34,160 nucleotides of DNA, from the IMG/VR virus record IMGVR_UViG_3300022748_000034, positions 1 through 34,160 of that record, one strand, 5' to 3'. Under the pieces are notes generated by a model. That model was given only the letters and a program-made list of their open reading frames with translations, was not told where the DNA came from and did no database searches. Within the stretch, counting starts at the first letter, position 1; each line of letters opens with the position of its first letter. The DNA is from a virus. The position numbers and the translations under genes are program-made. This document shows positions 1 to 8,602 of this stretch, one piece after another.

Positions 1-127
1 GTTGCTGGCGAGCCGGTGGGGGTCAACCCGAAACAGGCGGGCAACTTGACGGGGCCGAAAGCCGCATCGTATATTGCAGACCACGAAAATCTATCGGTTA
101 GCAAGCCATGAGAATTCCAACCGACAG
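1..127. repeat. Terminal direct repeat copy 1 (circular-assembly overlap)
   Basis: Bases 1-127 read identically to 34034-34160. The repeat cuts through the ORF ending at 34144 and the portal start codon, so it looks like contig closure rather than a biological terminal repeat. Confidence 0.9.
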
Positions 128-1751
128 CGTAGACCGAGAACAGTTCTTTCTGGACTTGATTCAGAAGTGTCTAGCGTCTCGGGAGGAGAGGAAGCCCGAC
201 TACGCTTCGCTGCGTAGCTGGTATTTGTTTGGCAACGGGCCGGACGATGCTCCGGCGCTGTACAACAAAATCTTTCCTCACATTGACCAGCTAACCTCGT
301 TCCTGTATTCCGCAGAAACGACCCGCTTCTCCATCAACCTCGGAGCCGCCGTGCCCGAGGAGGAGAACAACAAGGTTCCCGCACTGACCCGCGCCCTCAA
401 TGATGAGTGGCTCAACAGCAATGCTGACCAAGTGTTTGCGACGGCGACCACTTGGGCGCTGGTCTACAACAGCGCATTCATCAAGCTGGTGGTCAACAAT
501 GGCATTCACCCCTACATGGTGGAGCCTGGGTGCATCGGCGTGCTGCGTGAAGACCAGCCGTACACCGACCGGCAAGAGGCGCTGGTTCAGACCTACTACA
601 TCACGCGCAGCGAACTGTATGCTCGCCTGTGGAGCCACCCGCGCCGCGAACAAATTGTGGCTCGCGTTGAGGCTACGCAGCATGAGCGCACCGAAGTCGC
701 CAACGGTGTTGAGCGCATCATCTTGTCTCAGACCAACCCGACCTTGTACGGCAACGTCAACCTCGACCTTGCTGGCATGAACCGCTACAAGGCCACCGTT
801 GCCGAACCCACTGTCGAGATGACTGAACTGTGGGTGTGGAACGATGACACGCAGGACTATCAGGTCATTACGAAAGCTGACCCTGATGTCATCATCTACG
901 ACCGCCCCGGTGAGTCTGTGTTTCTCAAGGGTGAGTTGCCGTTCGTGCAAATTAGCCCCAACCCCCTGTACGATTATTTTTGGGGGGCGTCAGAGGTGCA
1001 ACGCCTGATTTACCTGCAACAGCTCCGCAACCGTCGCATGACGGAAATTCTTGACCTGCTGAGCAAACAGGTATCGCCCCCCACTGCTCTTATTGGTTTC
1101 ACGGGCATTTTGGATGAGAAGAACTTTGCCCTGAACCGCGCCGGTGGCTTGTTGGCAACCGACATGCCGAACGCAAAGGTGGAGAAACTTGCTCCCACCA
1201 TACCTCCAGATTTGTTCAAAGAAATCGGTGAGATTGACCTGATGTTCGAGGAAGCCTCGGGCATCGTGTCTGTCCTACAGGGCCGTGGCGAGTCAGGCGT
1301 GCGCTCGTCAGGACATGCTTCTCAGCTTGCCCGTCTTGGCTCCAGCCGTGCCAAGAAACGTGCCCTGGTCATCGAAGACAGTCTTGAGAAACTGGCAACG
1401 CTGTACTTGAAGCTGATGCAGGTCTACGATGCAACGCACTTCAAGGACATCAACAGCAAGATGTTCATTGCTGAGCAGTTCACGAAAGACTTTGTGGTCA
1501 AGGTGGACGCGCACAGCAACTCGCCTATCTTCATGGAAGACATGCGCCAGTTGGCGTTCAATCTGTACAAGGCCCAAGTCATCGACAAGGAATCCTTGCT
1601 TGACCTGCTTGAGCCTCCCATGAAACAGTTGCTCAAAGACCGTCTGAAGAAGATGGAAGAAAAGCAACAGCAGCAGCAAGAACAGAAAGCCGCTCAGCAA
1701 CAGGCTGCACCCAAAACAGAGGGCAAGCCGCAACTCAAACAGGTGGGATGA
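108..1751 (+). CDS. Portal protein (putative)
   Basis: 547-aa ORF. Its ATG overlaps the stop of the upstream ORF (ATGA at 108-111). Size and position (after terL, before scaffold/capsid) fit a portal. Q/K-rich C-terminal tail. The family cannot be verified without a profile search. Confidence 0.65.
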   Translation: MRIPTDSVDREQFFLDLIQKCLASREERKPDYASLRSWYLFGNGPDDAPALYNKIFPHIDQLTSFLYSAETTRFSINLGAAVPEEENNKVPALTRALNDEWLNSNADQVFATATTWALVYNSAFIKLVVNNGIHPYMVEPGCIGVLREDQPYTDRQEALVQTYYITRSELYARLWSHPRREQIVARVEATQHERTEVANGVERIILSQTNPTLYGNVNLDLAGMNRYKATVAEPTVEMTELWVWNDDTQDYQVITKADPDVIIYDRPGESVFLKGELPFVQISPNPLYDYFWGASEVQRLIYLQQLRNRRMTEILDLLSKQVSPPTALIGFTGILDEKNFALNRAGGLLATDMPNAKVEKLAPTIPPDLFKEIGEIDLMFEEASGIVSVLQGRGESGVRSSGHASQLARLGSSRAKKRALVIEDSLEKLATLYLKLMQVYDATHFKDINSKMFIAEQFTKDFVVKVDAHSNSPIFMEDMRQLAFNLYKAQVIDKESLLDLLEPPMKQLLKDRLKKMEEKQQQQQEQKAAQQQAAPKTEGKPQLKQVG

Positions 1752-1909
1752 TGGCGGGCAAAACAGGAATTCAACCCCCCAAGGCTGACCAGCCCCGTAC
1801 TACTACGGAGCAGCTAAAGCGCGGCGACCAAATGCCGTCGTTGACATATAGGCAGCAAGGCGTTAAAAACTATTCAGGGCGCAGTCAAAGGGACTATGCC
1901 CGTCGTTAA
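1748..1909 (+). CDS. Small basic protein (53 aa)
   Basis: ATG overlaps the portal stop (ATGA at 1748-1751). Translation MMAGKTGIQPPKADQPRTTTEQLKRGDQMPSLTYRQQGVKNYSGRSQRDYARR. Below the ORF-track size cutoff. Confidence 0.4.
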   Translation: MMAGKTGIQPPKADQPRTTTEQLKRGDQMPSLTYRQQGVKNYSGRSQRDYARR

Positions 1910-1922
1910 CCGGAGAAACGAT

Positions 1923-1967
1923 ATGTACGGTCGCAAGATGAAGCGTGGTCGCAAGGCCCGCCGTTAA
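1923..1967 (+). CDS. Polybasic micro-ORF, 14 aa (MYGRKMKRGRKARR)
   Basis: GGAG at 1912-1915 lies 7 nt before the ATG. The C-terminal GRKAR[RK] is shared with the micro-ORF at 2043 but encoded with synonymous differences. Followed by hairpin 1968-1984. Confidence 0.35.
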   Translation: MYGRKMKRGRKARR

Positions 1968-2042
1968 TTTCCCCCGTAGGGAAAAAGGGTGTGGCTGCCT
2001 CCCCTATGAAGTAGGTGACCGCTGCTTAAGGAGTGTTCCATC

Positions 2043-2084
2043 ATGGCACGCAAAGCACGCAAGGGCCGTAAGGCTCGCAAGTAA
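2043..2084 (+). CDS. Polybasic micro-ORF, 13 aa (MARKARKGRKARK)
   Basis: Consensus AAGGAG at 2028-2033 lies 9 nt before the ATG. Paralogous to the micro-ORF at 1923. Followed by two stem-loops (2086-2105 and 2104-2128). Confidence 0.35.
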   Translation: MARKARKGRKARK

Positions 2085-2133
2085 TCCGTAAGGATTTGCC
2101 TACGGGGGGTCGGCATAAAATGCCCCCCAACTA

Positions 2134-2164
2134 TTGACAAGAGGTTTGTAACTGATTACAAACC
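2134..2164 (+). promoter_or_regulatory. Candidate internal late promoter overlapped by a perfect palindrome
   Basis: TTGACA (2134-2139), 17 nt, TACAAA (2157-2162). Perfect inverted repeat GGTTTGTA-N6-TACAAACC (2143-2164) covers the spacer and the -10, just upstream of the AAGGAG/ATG of the 2181 gene. Confidence 0.35.
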
Positions 2165-2180
2165 GCTCCAAGGAGTGAAC

Positions 2181-2645
2181 ATGAGTGTTCCGGCAGACAA
2201 GTTGATGGAATTGATGCGCGGCCCTCGCAGTGCGGGCGCTATGCCTACTCCCAATCCCGCTGGCCCAATGGGTAACCCGCCGGGAGCAATGTCTGATTCC
2301 GACACGATGCCAATGGCGTCGCCCATGTCTACGCCAGAGCCGAAGATGGGTAGCAAAGAAGCTGCCATGATTAACTTGGGCATGGCAATGGATTTGCTTG
2401 AGCAATCTCTCCCCGCCATTGGCTCCGAGACGGAAGAAGGCGGCAGAATCCTGAATGCCATTCGTGTGCTGAACGGTGTACTCGGCGCTCGTAAGGGCAA
2501 AGTCAATGAGCTGCAACAGTCTGAGATTCTTCAGATGATGCAAGCCTTGCCGCAAGCTGGCGGCGCAAGCCCTGCGGCCCGTGCAATTCAGCGAGCGCCA
2601 ATCCCCGGTATGCCCCCAGGTATGCCACAACCTTCCCCAATGTAA
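2181..2645 (+). CDS. Met/Pro-rich head-module protein, unknown function
   Basis: ATG 2181 is preceded by AAGGAG (2170-2175). The track start at 2175 is a GTG overlapping that SD. N-terminal half is rich in M/P/G/S and the C-terminal half looks helical. Confidence 0.6.
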   Translation: MSVPADKLMELMRGPRSAGAMPTPNPAGPMGNPPGAMSDSDTMPMASPMSTPEPKMGSKEAAMINLGMAMDLLEQSLPAIGSETEEGGRILNAIRVLNGVLGARKGKVNELQQSEILQMMQALPQAGGASPAARAIQRAPIPGMPPGMPQPSPM

Positions 2646-2655
2646 GGAGTCCATC

Positions 2656-2838
2656 ATGGATTTGTTCAAGCCCCGTGGCGCTGCTGCGCCCCGCCGCCCG
2701 ACCGACAACAACCAGAAGCACGGTGATATGGTTAACACCCCGCGCTTCTCACAGTTCGGCGGTCTGTCTGCCCCCAACAAGGTTGGCAAGACCGGCATGG
2801 CAGTGCAGAAGCCTGGTGACGGCAAAAAAGTTATCTAA
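2656..2838 (+). CDS. Small basic protein (60 aa)
   Basis: ATG 2656 is preceded by AAGGAG (2644-2649) at 6 nt. The longer track ORF from 2581 overlaps the previous gene and lacks an SD. Confidence 0.5.
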   Translation: MDLFKPRGAAAPRRPTDNNQKHGDMVNTPRFSQFGGLSAPNKVGKTGMAVQKPGDGKKVI

Positions 2839-2858
2839 TCAGATAAGAGGGTAAAGCT

Positions 2859-3389
2859 ATGTCACTTGAAGACCTGACCCCCGAAGCGCAGCAAGAACTG
2901 GCGCAACTCGCCAAGCGCCTTGCTGACAATCCAGACACTCGCAAAGACTTTCTCCGTCTGACGAAGAAGGTCAATCCTGACCTCCCTATTCCCGAACTCG
3001 AACTTGAGCAAATGACCACGCAAGCCGTCAATCAGGCTGAGCAGCGTGTGCAGCAGCTTGAGAACAAGTTGCGCGAGAAGGAAGCTCAGGAAGTTCTGAA
3101 CAAGCGTCGGGAAACTCTGCTCAAGAAGAATCTGATTGAGTCGGAGGACGAAATCAAGGACGTAGAAAAAATCATGCTGGAGCGTGGCATCACTAACCAC
3201 GAAACAGCAGCCGAGTATCACAGGTGGATGAAACAGTCAGCCGTGCCGACTTCTTCTGGCTATAACCCTTCAGCCGTCAAGCACTTTGACCTGGGTAAGT
3301 ATTGGAAGAATCCGAACATGGCTGCCCGTGAAGAAGCCGTGAAAGCCCTGAATGAGTTGCGTAAGCCTACGCGACCAATCGGGTTGTAA
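2859..3389 (+). CDS. Scaffolding protein (putative)
   Basis: 176 aa, highly charged, with long helix/coiled-coil stretches (EQRVQQLENKLREKEAQEVLNKRRETLLKK). Lies directly upstream of the capsid gene. Confidence 0.6.
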   Translation: MSLEDLTPEAQQELAQLAKRLADNPDTRKDFLRLTKKVNPDLPIPELELEQMTTQAVNQAEQRVQQLENKLREKEAQEVLNKRRETLLKKNLIESEDEIKDVEKIMLERGITNHETAAEYHRWMKQSAVPTSSGYNPSAVKHFDLGKYWKNPNMAAREEAVKALNELRKPTRPIGL

Positions 3390-3418
3390 GAGGGTATTTT
3401 TTAATCTAGGAGAGAACC

Positions 3419-4420
3419 ATGCCTATTGGTGGCGGTATTCTTCCGGCAACAGGTAGTTCGCAGTTTACCGAACTGACTTATGTCACTCGGCGTGCGTTCA
3501 TTCCGAAGCTGGTTGTTCAACTTTACAACTCTACGCCTCTGATGGCGGCACTGATTGCTAACAGTCAGCAAGCCTCGGGTGGTGTGTCTTCCGTAACTGT
3601 GCCCGTTCAGGGCGCTCAGTTTGTCAACGCTCAGTGGTCTGACTACTCTGGTTCTTTCAACCAGCCGTCCGTCCAGCAGGGCGCTTACAACGCTGAGTAC
3701 GACCTCAAGCTGATGATTTCGCCGGTTCCGTTCCTCGGAATGGAAGGCGCAGTTCAGCAGGACGCAGCAATCATCCCGCTGATTGAAGCACGGATGAACG
3801 ATGCGACCAACGTGATGATGGATGCTATGGCGACCGCGCTGTACAACAACACCACGAACACTCAGCAGTTCATCGGTCTGCCCGCTGCTGTGTCGGCTTC
3901 CGGCACTTACGGCAACATCAACCGTTCGACCTACAGCTGGTGGCAGTCGAAGTCCTACACGGCTACTGGTCTGAATCCGACCCGCCAGAACATCCTGCAA
4001 TACATCTCCGGCACTGTGAAGAACGGCGCTGAGATGCCTTCGTTCGGTGTTTGCGGTTTCGGCACTTGGACTCTGCTTGCTCAAGACTTCGTTGGTCAAG
4101 AGCAGTACGTCATCACCCCTGGCTCTAGCTTTGACGGTGATACCAACGGCCCGCACGCAGCATTCCGCGCCCTGATGGTCGCCGGTGTGCCGATTTATCC
4201 TGACCCGTATTGCCCCGAGGGTACGGTGTACTTCCTGAACACTAACTACCTGTCGCTCTACATCCATGAGCAAGGTTCGTTCGTGTTTACGGGCTTTGAG
4301 TCCACTCTCCCGAACTGGCAAATCGGTTACGTTGGTGCTGTTCTGATGATTGCAGAACTGGTCAACGTGAAGCCGAAGGCTATGTCAGTGGTCAGCGGGT
4401 ACAACTACCTCACGCTGTAA
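3419..4420 (+). CDS. Major capsid protein (putative, HK97-fold size class)
   Basis: 333 aa with AGGAGA SD just upstream. Follows the scaffold gene. The long antisense ORF 3401-4321 is a shadow of this gene. Confidence 0.75.
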   Translation: MPIGGGILPATGSSQFTELTYVTRRAFIPKLVVQLYNSTPLMAALIANSQQASGGVSSVTVPVQGAQFVNAQWSDYSGSFNQPSVQQGAYNAEYDLKLMISPVPFLGMEGAVQQDAAIIPLIEARMNDATNVMMDAMATALYNNTTNTQQFIGLPAAVSASGTYGNINRSTYSWWQSKSYTATGLNPTRQNILQYISGTVKNGAEMPSFGVCGFGTWTLLAQDFVGQEQYVITPGSSFDGDTNGPHAAFRALMVAGVPIYPDPYCPEGTVYFLNTNYLSLYIHEQGSFVFTGFESTLPNWQIGYVGAVLMIAELVNVKPKAMSVVSGYNYLTL

Positions 4421-4430
4421 GGAGTACAAC

Positions 4431-4757
4431 ATGTCTCTGTCCACTAACAAGATTATTCTTGCCAACGCAACAACCAATACGGCTGGTGCGTACTTCCAAA
4501 CCACCACGCTCACGGCTATCGCTACCGGCAACGGTACGGTCATCCCGGCTGGCGTGTACGTCATGTTCCCCGCTGCTAACGTCAGTGTTCTTGCCAACGA
4601 TGGTTCGGCAAACAGCACTGTCATGGCGGCTAACGTAGGTGGCGTGGTTTTGTCTGATGGCGTCAACGTCTATGCCAAGAGCAGCAGCGGTAACGTGACC
4701 GTGACTCTGTTGGCAACCAACGGTGGCCTCGCTGTCGGCAGCACCTACGCCAGCTAA
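4431..4757 (+). CDS. Small virion protein (possible capsid decoration/cement)
   Basis: 108 aa with consensus AAGGAG SD. Immediately after the capsid gene. T/N/A/G/V-rich, beta-type composition. Confidence 0.5.
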   Translation: MSLSTNKIILANATTNTAGAYFQTTTLTAIATGNGTVIPAGVYVMFPAANVSVLANDGSANSTVMAANVGGVVLSDGVNVYAKSSSGNVTVTLLATNGGLAVGSTYAS

Positions 4758-4766
4758 GGAGTCGGC

Positions 4767-5186
4767 ATGAACGCGAATCATGTAGGGGCGCTGTACCCTG
4801 ACAACTTTGGCAGCTTCGCTGTCTGCACTACCAATGGTGGCGCTCCGATTTATCTCGGTGCTACTGGTAATGCAGTCGCAACGCTTACGCTGAACGATTG
4901 CTCAAGCTACATCATTCGCCGGATTACCGTTGCCAACGCAAGTGGCAGTGTTGCTCTCGCTAACGTGACCATTCTCACCTCCTCGGATGGGAATACGTCC
5001 AACAACGTGAGCAACGCAGCCGCTCTTAGCACCGTCACGGGCAGCACTAAGTTCCAAGACCTTGCTCTGTCTACAGCAGCAGCGTCTACGGTTTACAGCG
5101 GCCCGCTGTATGTGTACGTTGGCACAGCAGCCGCTGCCAACAACTCAGTTGACATCACGGTATACGGCGACGTTGTGACGCTATGA
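4767..5186 (+). CDS. Virion structural protein, unknown function
   Basis: 139 aa with consensus AAGGAG SD. S/T/A/N-rich. Confidence 0.55.
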   Translation: MNANHVGALYPDNFGSFAVCTTNGGAPIYLGATGNAVATLTLNDCSSYIIRRITVANASGSVALANVTILTSSDGNTSNNVSNAAALSTVTGSTKFQDLALSTAAASTVYSGPLYVYVGTAAAANNSVDITVYGDVVTL

Positions 5187-5524
5187 GTGAAACGGTATTT
5201 GTGACCAACAGAAGTGAGAACCGTTTGGTTGTCACCTATGCCTACAAAGAGTACGTCTTTGAGGTAGACAAGACCACTGAAGTACCGCTTGAGTGCGCTC
5301 AATTTGTCTTTGGTTATCAGATGCAAGACAAGGCTCCTCAGCTAGTCCGTTTGGGCTGGCTGAGGATGTCCAACGAATTAGAACCAGCTTTGGAAAAGCT
5401 CAGCAAGTTTCAAGTGACGGCTGAGCGACCGGAAACGAACCGCTCTCTACCCTCGGCGGTTGGCGTAGTACCCCTGCACGTTGAGAAGCGTGCCGGGGGA
5501 AAGGTCAATCAGAGGGTTGCATGA
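5183..5524 (+). CDS. Head-module protein, unknown function
   Basis: 113 aa, ATGA overlap with the upstream gene. Confidence 0.6.
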   Translation: MSETVFVTNRSENRLVVTYAYKEYVFEVDKTTEVPLECAQFVFGYQMQDKAPQLVRLGWLRMSNELEPALEKLSKFQVTAERPETNRSLPSAVGVVPLHVEKRAGGKVNQRVA

Positions 5525-5536
5525 CATGGATGTTAA

Positions 5537-6382
5537 ATGGCAACTCTTACTTCCTACCTCACGGAAGTCCGGCGTCTACTGCATGACGCCAATGGTGTGT
5601 TCTGGTCAGACTCTGAGCTGACTGATTACATCAATGCTGCCCGTGAGCGCACAGTAAGAGACACAGGTTGCCTTAGAAACCTCCAGGTCACCTCTACCCC
5701 GCTTTCCTCCACTGGCGTAGCCGCGACATCGTGGTCAGCCGGTGCTACGGTCGCCACTGGCGACTTTATTTTTTACAACGTCTACATCTACGAGGTAACC
5801 ACAGGTGGTGTCCTTGGCACAGACCCTCCTCCGTACCCTGCACAGGCTTACGCTTATCCTCCGACAACTCCGTTCGCTAATGGTACGGCGACTCTTACAT
5901 ACAGCAGCCCCGCCGAAATCATTTCGTACACGGCGCTCCCACAAGGAACGCAGACGCTCGACATTCTGAATATCAACCTGTATTGGGGCAATAGCCGCAT
6001 CCCGCTGCGCTACCTGCCCTGGACAAACTTCAACGCACAACTGCGCTACTGGCAGAACTACATCGGTAGGCCGGTGTGCTTCTCCACCTACGGTCAAGGC
6101 CAGCTCTACATCGCTCCGGTTCCTGACCAAAGCTACCCAATTGAACTGGATACGGTCATTCTGCCGACTGCGCTTGACCCTGTGTATCCGTCTACTCCTG
6201 ACGTTATCGTTGACCCGTACACCACGCCTGTTGCCTTCTACGCAGCTTACAAAGCCAAGTACAAGGAACAGTCCTACGGGGAAGCCGAAATCTACAAACA
6301 AGAATACGCCAAGCATGTACAGGCTGCACTGAACAGCACCTACACGCGCCGCATCCCCGACCCGTATAGCTCACCGTACTAA
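5537..6382 (+). CDS. Head-to-tail adaptor-like protein (putative)
   Basis: 281 aa. The N-terminus (LTSYLTEVRRLLHDANGVFWSDSELTDYINAARERTV) resembles the helical N-termini of phage connector/adaptor proteins. It sits between the capsid genes and the nozzle-like gene. Confidence 0.4.
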   Translation: MATLTSYLTEVRRLLHDANGVFWSDSELTDYINAARERTVRDTGCLRNLQVTSTPLSSTGVAATSWSAGATVATGDFIFYNVYIYEVTTGGVLGTDPPPYPAQAYAYPPTTPFANGTATLTYSSPAEIISYTALPQGTQTLDILNINLYWGNSRIPLRYLPWTNFNAQLRYWQNYIGRPVCFSTYGQGQLYIAPVPDQSYPIELDTVILPTALDPVYPSTPDVIVDPYTTPVAFYAAYKAKYKEQSYGEAEIYKQEYAKHVQAALNSTYTRRIPDPYSSPY

Positions 6383-6384
6383 TC

Positions 6385-8601
6385 ATGGCAGCAGCAGAGC
6401 AGAAGAAGTCTTATGCTGTCATCAAGCAATTCCGTGGTCTGAACACACGGGCTAACCGGACAGCAATCGACCAAGAAGAATTCGCATGGATTGAGAATGC
6501 CATGCCGATTGGTTTTGGCAACATCAAAATTGTTCCTGCTCAGTCCGTGTTGACGTACAGCAGCGCGAACGTCACCACAGCCAACACCGTCACGACCTTT
6601 GTCTCAGCCAATATCGGGCTGAACGACTACTTGCTCGCGTTTGAGGACAATGGTCGAGCAGAATACATCAAGCTGTCAGACAACAGCAAAGGCAACGTAG
6701 CTGTCACAGGGACGTTTTCAAACACGGGCGTGACCATCGCTCAGTACAAGAACGAAAGAGTCATCATTGGCGACCCGTCTAAGGGTTTGTCCTCGTGGGA
6801 CGGGAACAATGTGGTCAGCATTGGTTCTGTCGGCAGCATTGGCATTACGAACCCTGGTTCTGGCTATCTGACAGCCCCGTCAGTCACGATTTCAGCCCCG
6901 AATGACGCTAACGGCGTGCAAGCAACGGCTGTAGCGACCATCACAACCGGCGCTGGAAGCGTGCTTTCGGTCAACGTGACCGCTGGAGGAAGCGGCTACA
7001 CCTCGGTTCCCGGCATCACTTTGGGCGCTCCACAAGTGCAAGGCGGTACTCAGGCCACGGCTGTAGCCACGATTTCTGGTGGCGCAGTTGTTGCTATCTC
7101 TGTGGTGAACCCTGGCTCGGGATACACCAGTGCGCCAAGCGTAACTTTTTCATCCGGCTCGGCGACAGCTACCGCTGTGCTTCAGACCGGCACGGTCAAC
7201 AGTGTGACGTTAACTGATGCGGGAACAGGCTACACATCTGCTCCAACCATCACGATTTCTGCGCCTCCAAGCGGCACTACGGCAACCGCTGTAGCGTCCT
7301 ACAACACGTTTCAGACCGGCACAGTCGCCGTTCTGGTGACTAATGGCGGCACTGGATACGGCTCTAGCGGGTCATTCAGCGTCAGTTTTACGGGCGGTGG
7401 AGGCACTGGCGCAGCCGGTACAGCCATCGTAAGCGGTGGTCAGGTGGTTGCAGTCATCATGACCAATCCCGGCAGCGGGTACACAAGCGCCCCAACGGTA
7501 AGTTTTTCCGCAGGAGCGGGCACTGGAGCGACCGGAACATGCGTAGTCAACCTTGACGGTATTGTTGACGTAGCCACGTTTTCGGGCCGTGTATGGGTTG
7601 CAGCGGGCAGAACGGTCTACTACTCGGCTGCTGGTAGCTACAGCGACTTTACAAGCGTATCTGCGGGGGCGTTCACGCTGACGGACTCGACGTTGCACGG
7701 CAACATTCAGTCCATCATGTCTGCGAACAACTTTCTGTACATCTTTGGGGATGACAGCATCAACGTGTTCTCAGACTTGCGGGTTACTAGCACCGGCGCG
7801 ACCCTGTTTACGAACACCAACGTCAGTGCATCGGTCGGCAGCAAGCGCATCTACGGCATTTTCCCGTACTTCCGCTCTGTGCTGTTCATCAATGACTACG
7901 GCATCTATGCCTTGGTGGGTTCCACGACTTCCAAGCTCAGCGACAACATTGACGGTACGTTCCCGCTGATTGACTTCACAGCTCCTGTGACCGCTGGACA
8001 AGTGCTGCTGAACAATATCCTGTGCGCTGCGTTCAACGTGACCTACAACGACCCAACGCTCGGGCCGAGACAGATTCAACTAGTGTTTTTCGACAAAAAA
8101 TGGTTCGTCACCAGCCAGGGCAGCATCAACTACGTCACTTCTGCGCCGGTTAGCGGGGTCATCAACCTCTATGGCGTTGCTGACAAGACCATTTACAGAC
8201 TGTACGCAAGCAGTACAGCAAGCATTAACTCGACTCTCAAGACGGCTTTGATGCCGCTTGGCGACCCTATCCGCACCAAGCAAGCCCTGAAGTTCGGCAT
8301 CGAGGCGATTCTCAGTACGTTTGGCACTCTGAACGTCACGGTAGACAGCGAGACAGGCTCTAGCCCCACTTACACGCTAACTAACGGCGGCGTTACCTGG
8401 ATAAACAATGTTGGCACGATTATTCCGTGGCAGAACAATTCATTGCAAACAATTTCTTGGCTATATGGTAGCGGGTATTTTCTTTATAAGTCAGACGCGC
8501 AACAATACGGGAAGTATCTCGGTCTGACCTTAACCAGCTCTGACCCTGCGTTTGTGGTCAGTACCTTCGAGATGGAACACGAATTGAGAGTGAGGTTCTA
8601 A
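6385..8601 (+). CDS. Tail tubular/nozzle-like protein with an inserted repeat array
   Basis: 738 aa, the largest protein in the neck/tail position of a T7-like gene order. Carries six ~40-aa GSGYTSAP modules. Confidence 0.45.
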   Translation: MAAAEQKKSYAVIKQFRGLNTRANRTAIDQEEFAWIENAMPIGFGNIKIVPAQSVLTYSSANVTTANTVTTFVSANIGLNDYLLAFEDNGRAEYIKLSDNSKGNVAVTGTFSNTGVTIAQYKNERVIIGDPSKGLSSWDGNNVVSIGSVGSIGITNPGSGYLTAPSVTISAPNDANGVQATAVATITTGAGSVLSVNVTAGGSGYTSVPGITLGAPQVQGGTQATAVATISGGAVVAISVVNPGSGYTSAPSVTFSSGSATATAVLQTGTVNSVTLTDAGTGYTSAPTITISAPPSGTTATAVASYNTFQTGTVAVLVTNGGTGYGSSGSFSVSFTGGGGTGAAGTAIVSGGQVVAVIMTNPGSGYTSAPTVSFSAGAGTGATGTCVVNLDGIVDVATFSGRVWVAAGRTVYYSAAGSYSDFTSVSAGAFTLTDSTLHGNIQSIMSANNFLYIFGDDSINVFSDLRVTSTGATLFTNTNVSASVGSKRIYGIFPYFRSVLFINDYGIYALVGSTTSKLSDNIDGTFPLIDFTAPVTAGQVLLNNILCAAFNVTYNDPTLGPRQIQLVFFDKKWFVTSQGSINYVTSAPVSGVINLYGVADKTIYRLYASSTASINSTLKTALMPLGDPIRTKQALKFGIEAILSTFGTLNVTVDSETGSSPTYTLTNGGVTWINNVGTIIPWQNNSLQTISWLYGSGYFLYKSDAQQYGKYLGLTLTSSDPAFVVSTFEMEHELRVRF
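6841..7550 (+). repeat. Six tandem ~40-aa coding modules (N-P-G-S-G-Y-T-S-A-P-x-V-x-F/I ... A-T-A-V)
   Basis: NPGSGYLTAPSVTIS, AGGSGYTSVPGITLG, NPGSGYTSAPSVTFS, DAGTGYTSAPTITIS, NGGTGYGSSGSFSVS and NPGSGYTSAPTVSFS, read directly from the translation. Confidence 0.8.
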
Positions 8602-8602
8602 C

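Noticed and set aside
291-950. 219-aa minus-strand ORF and several 60-140-aa ORFs inside the portal gene (400-780, 1010-1264, 1308-1733)
   Set aside because: They are alternative-frame or antisense ORFs within a long, well-supported CDS, with no independent start signals.
2100-2825. 241-aa minus-strand ORF spanning the 2181-2838 region
   Set aside because: It is antisense to two plus-strand genes that each have a consensus AAGGAG SD. Its translation is R/G/H/C-rich and not protein-like.
3401-4321. 306-aa ORF on the minus strand opposite the capsid gene
   Set aside because: It is fully antisense to a gene with a strong SD and good context. It has no SD, its composition is R/L/S/V-rich as expected of a shadow frame, and it would break the uniformly plus-strand late operon.
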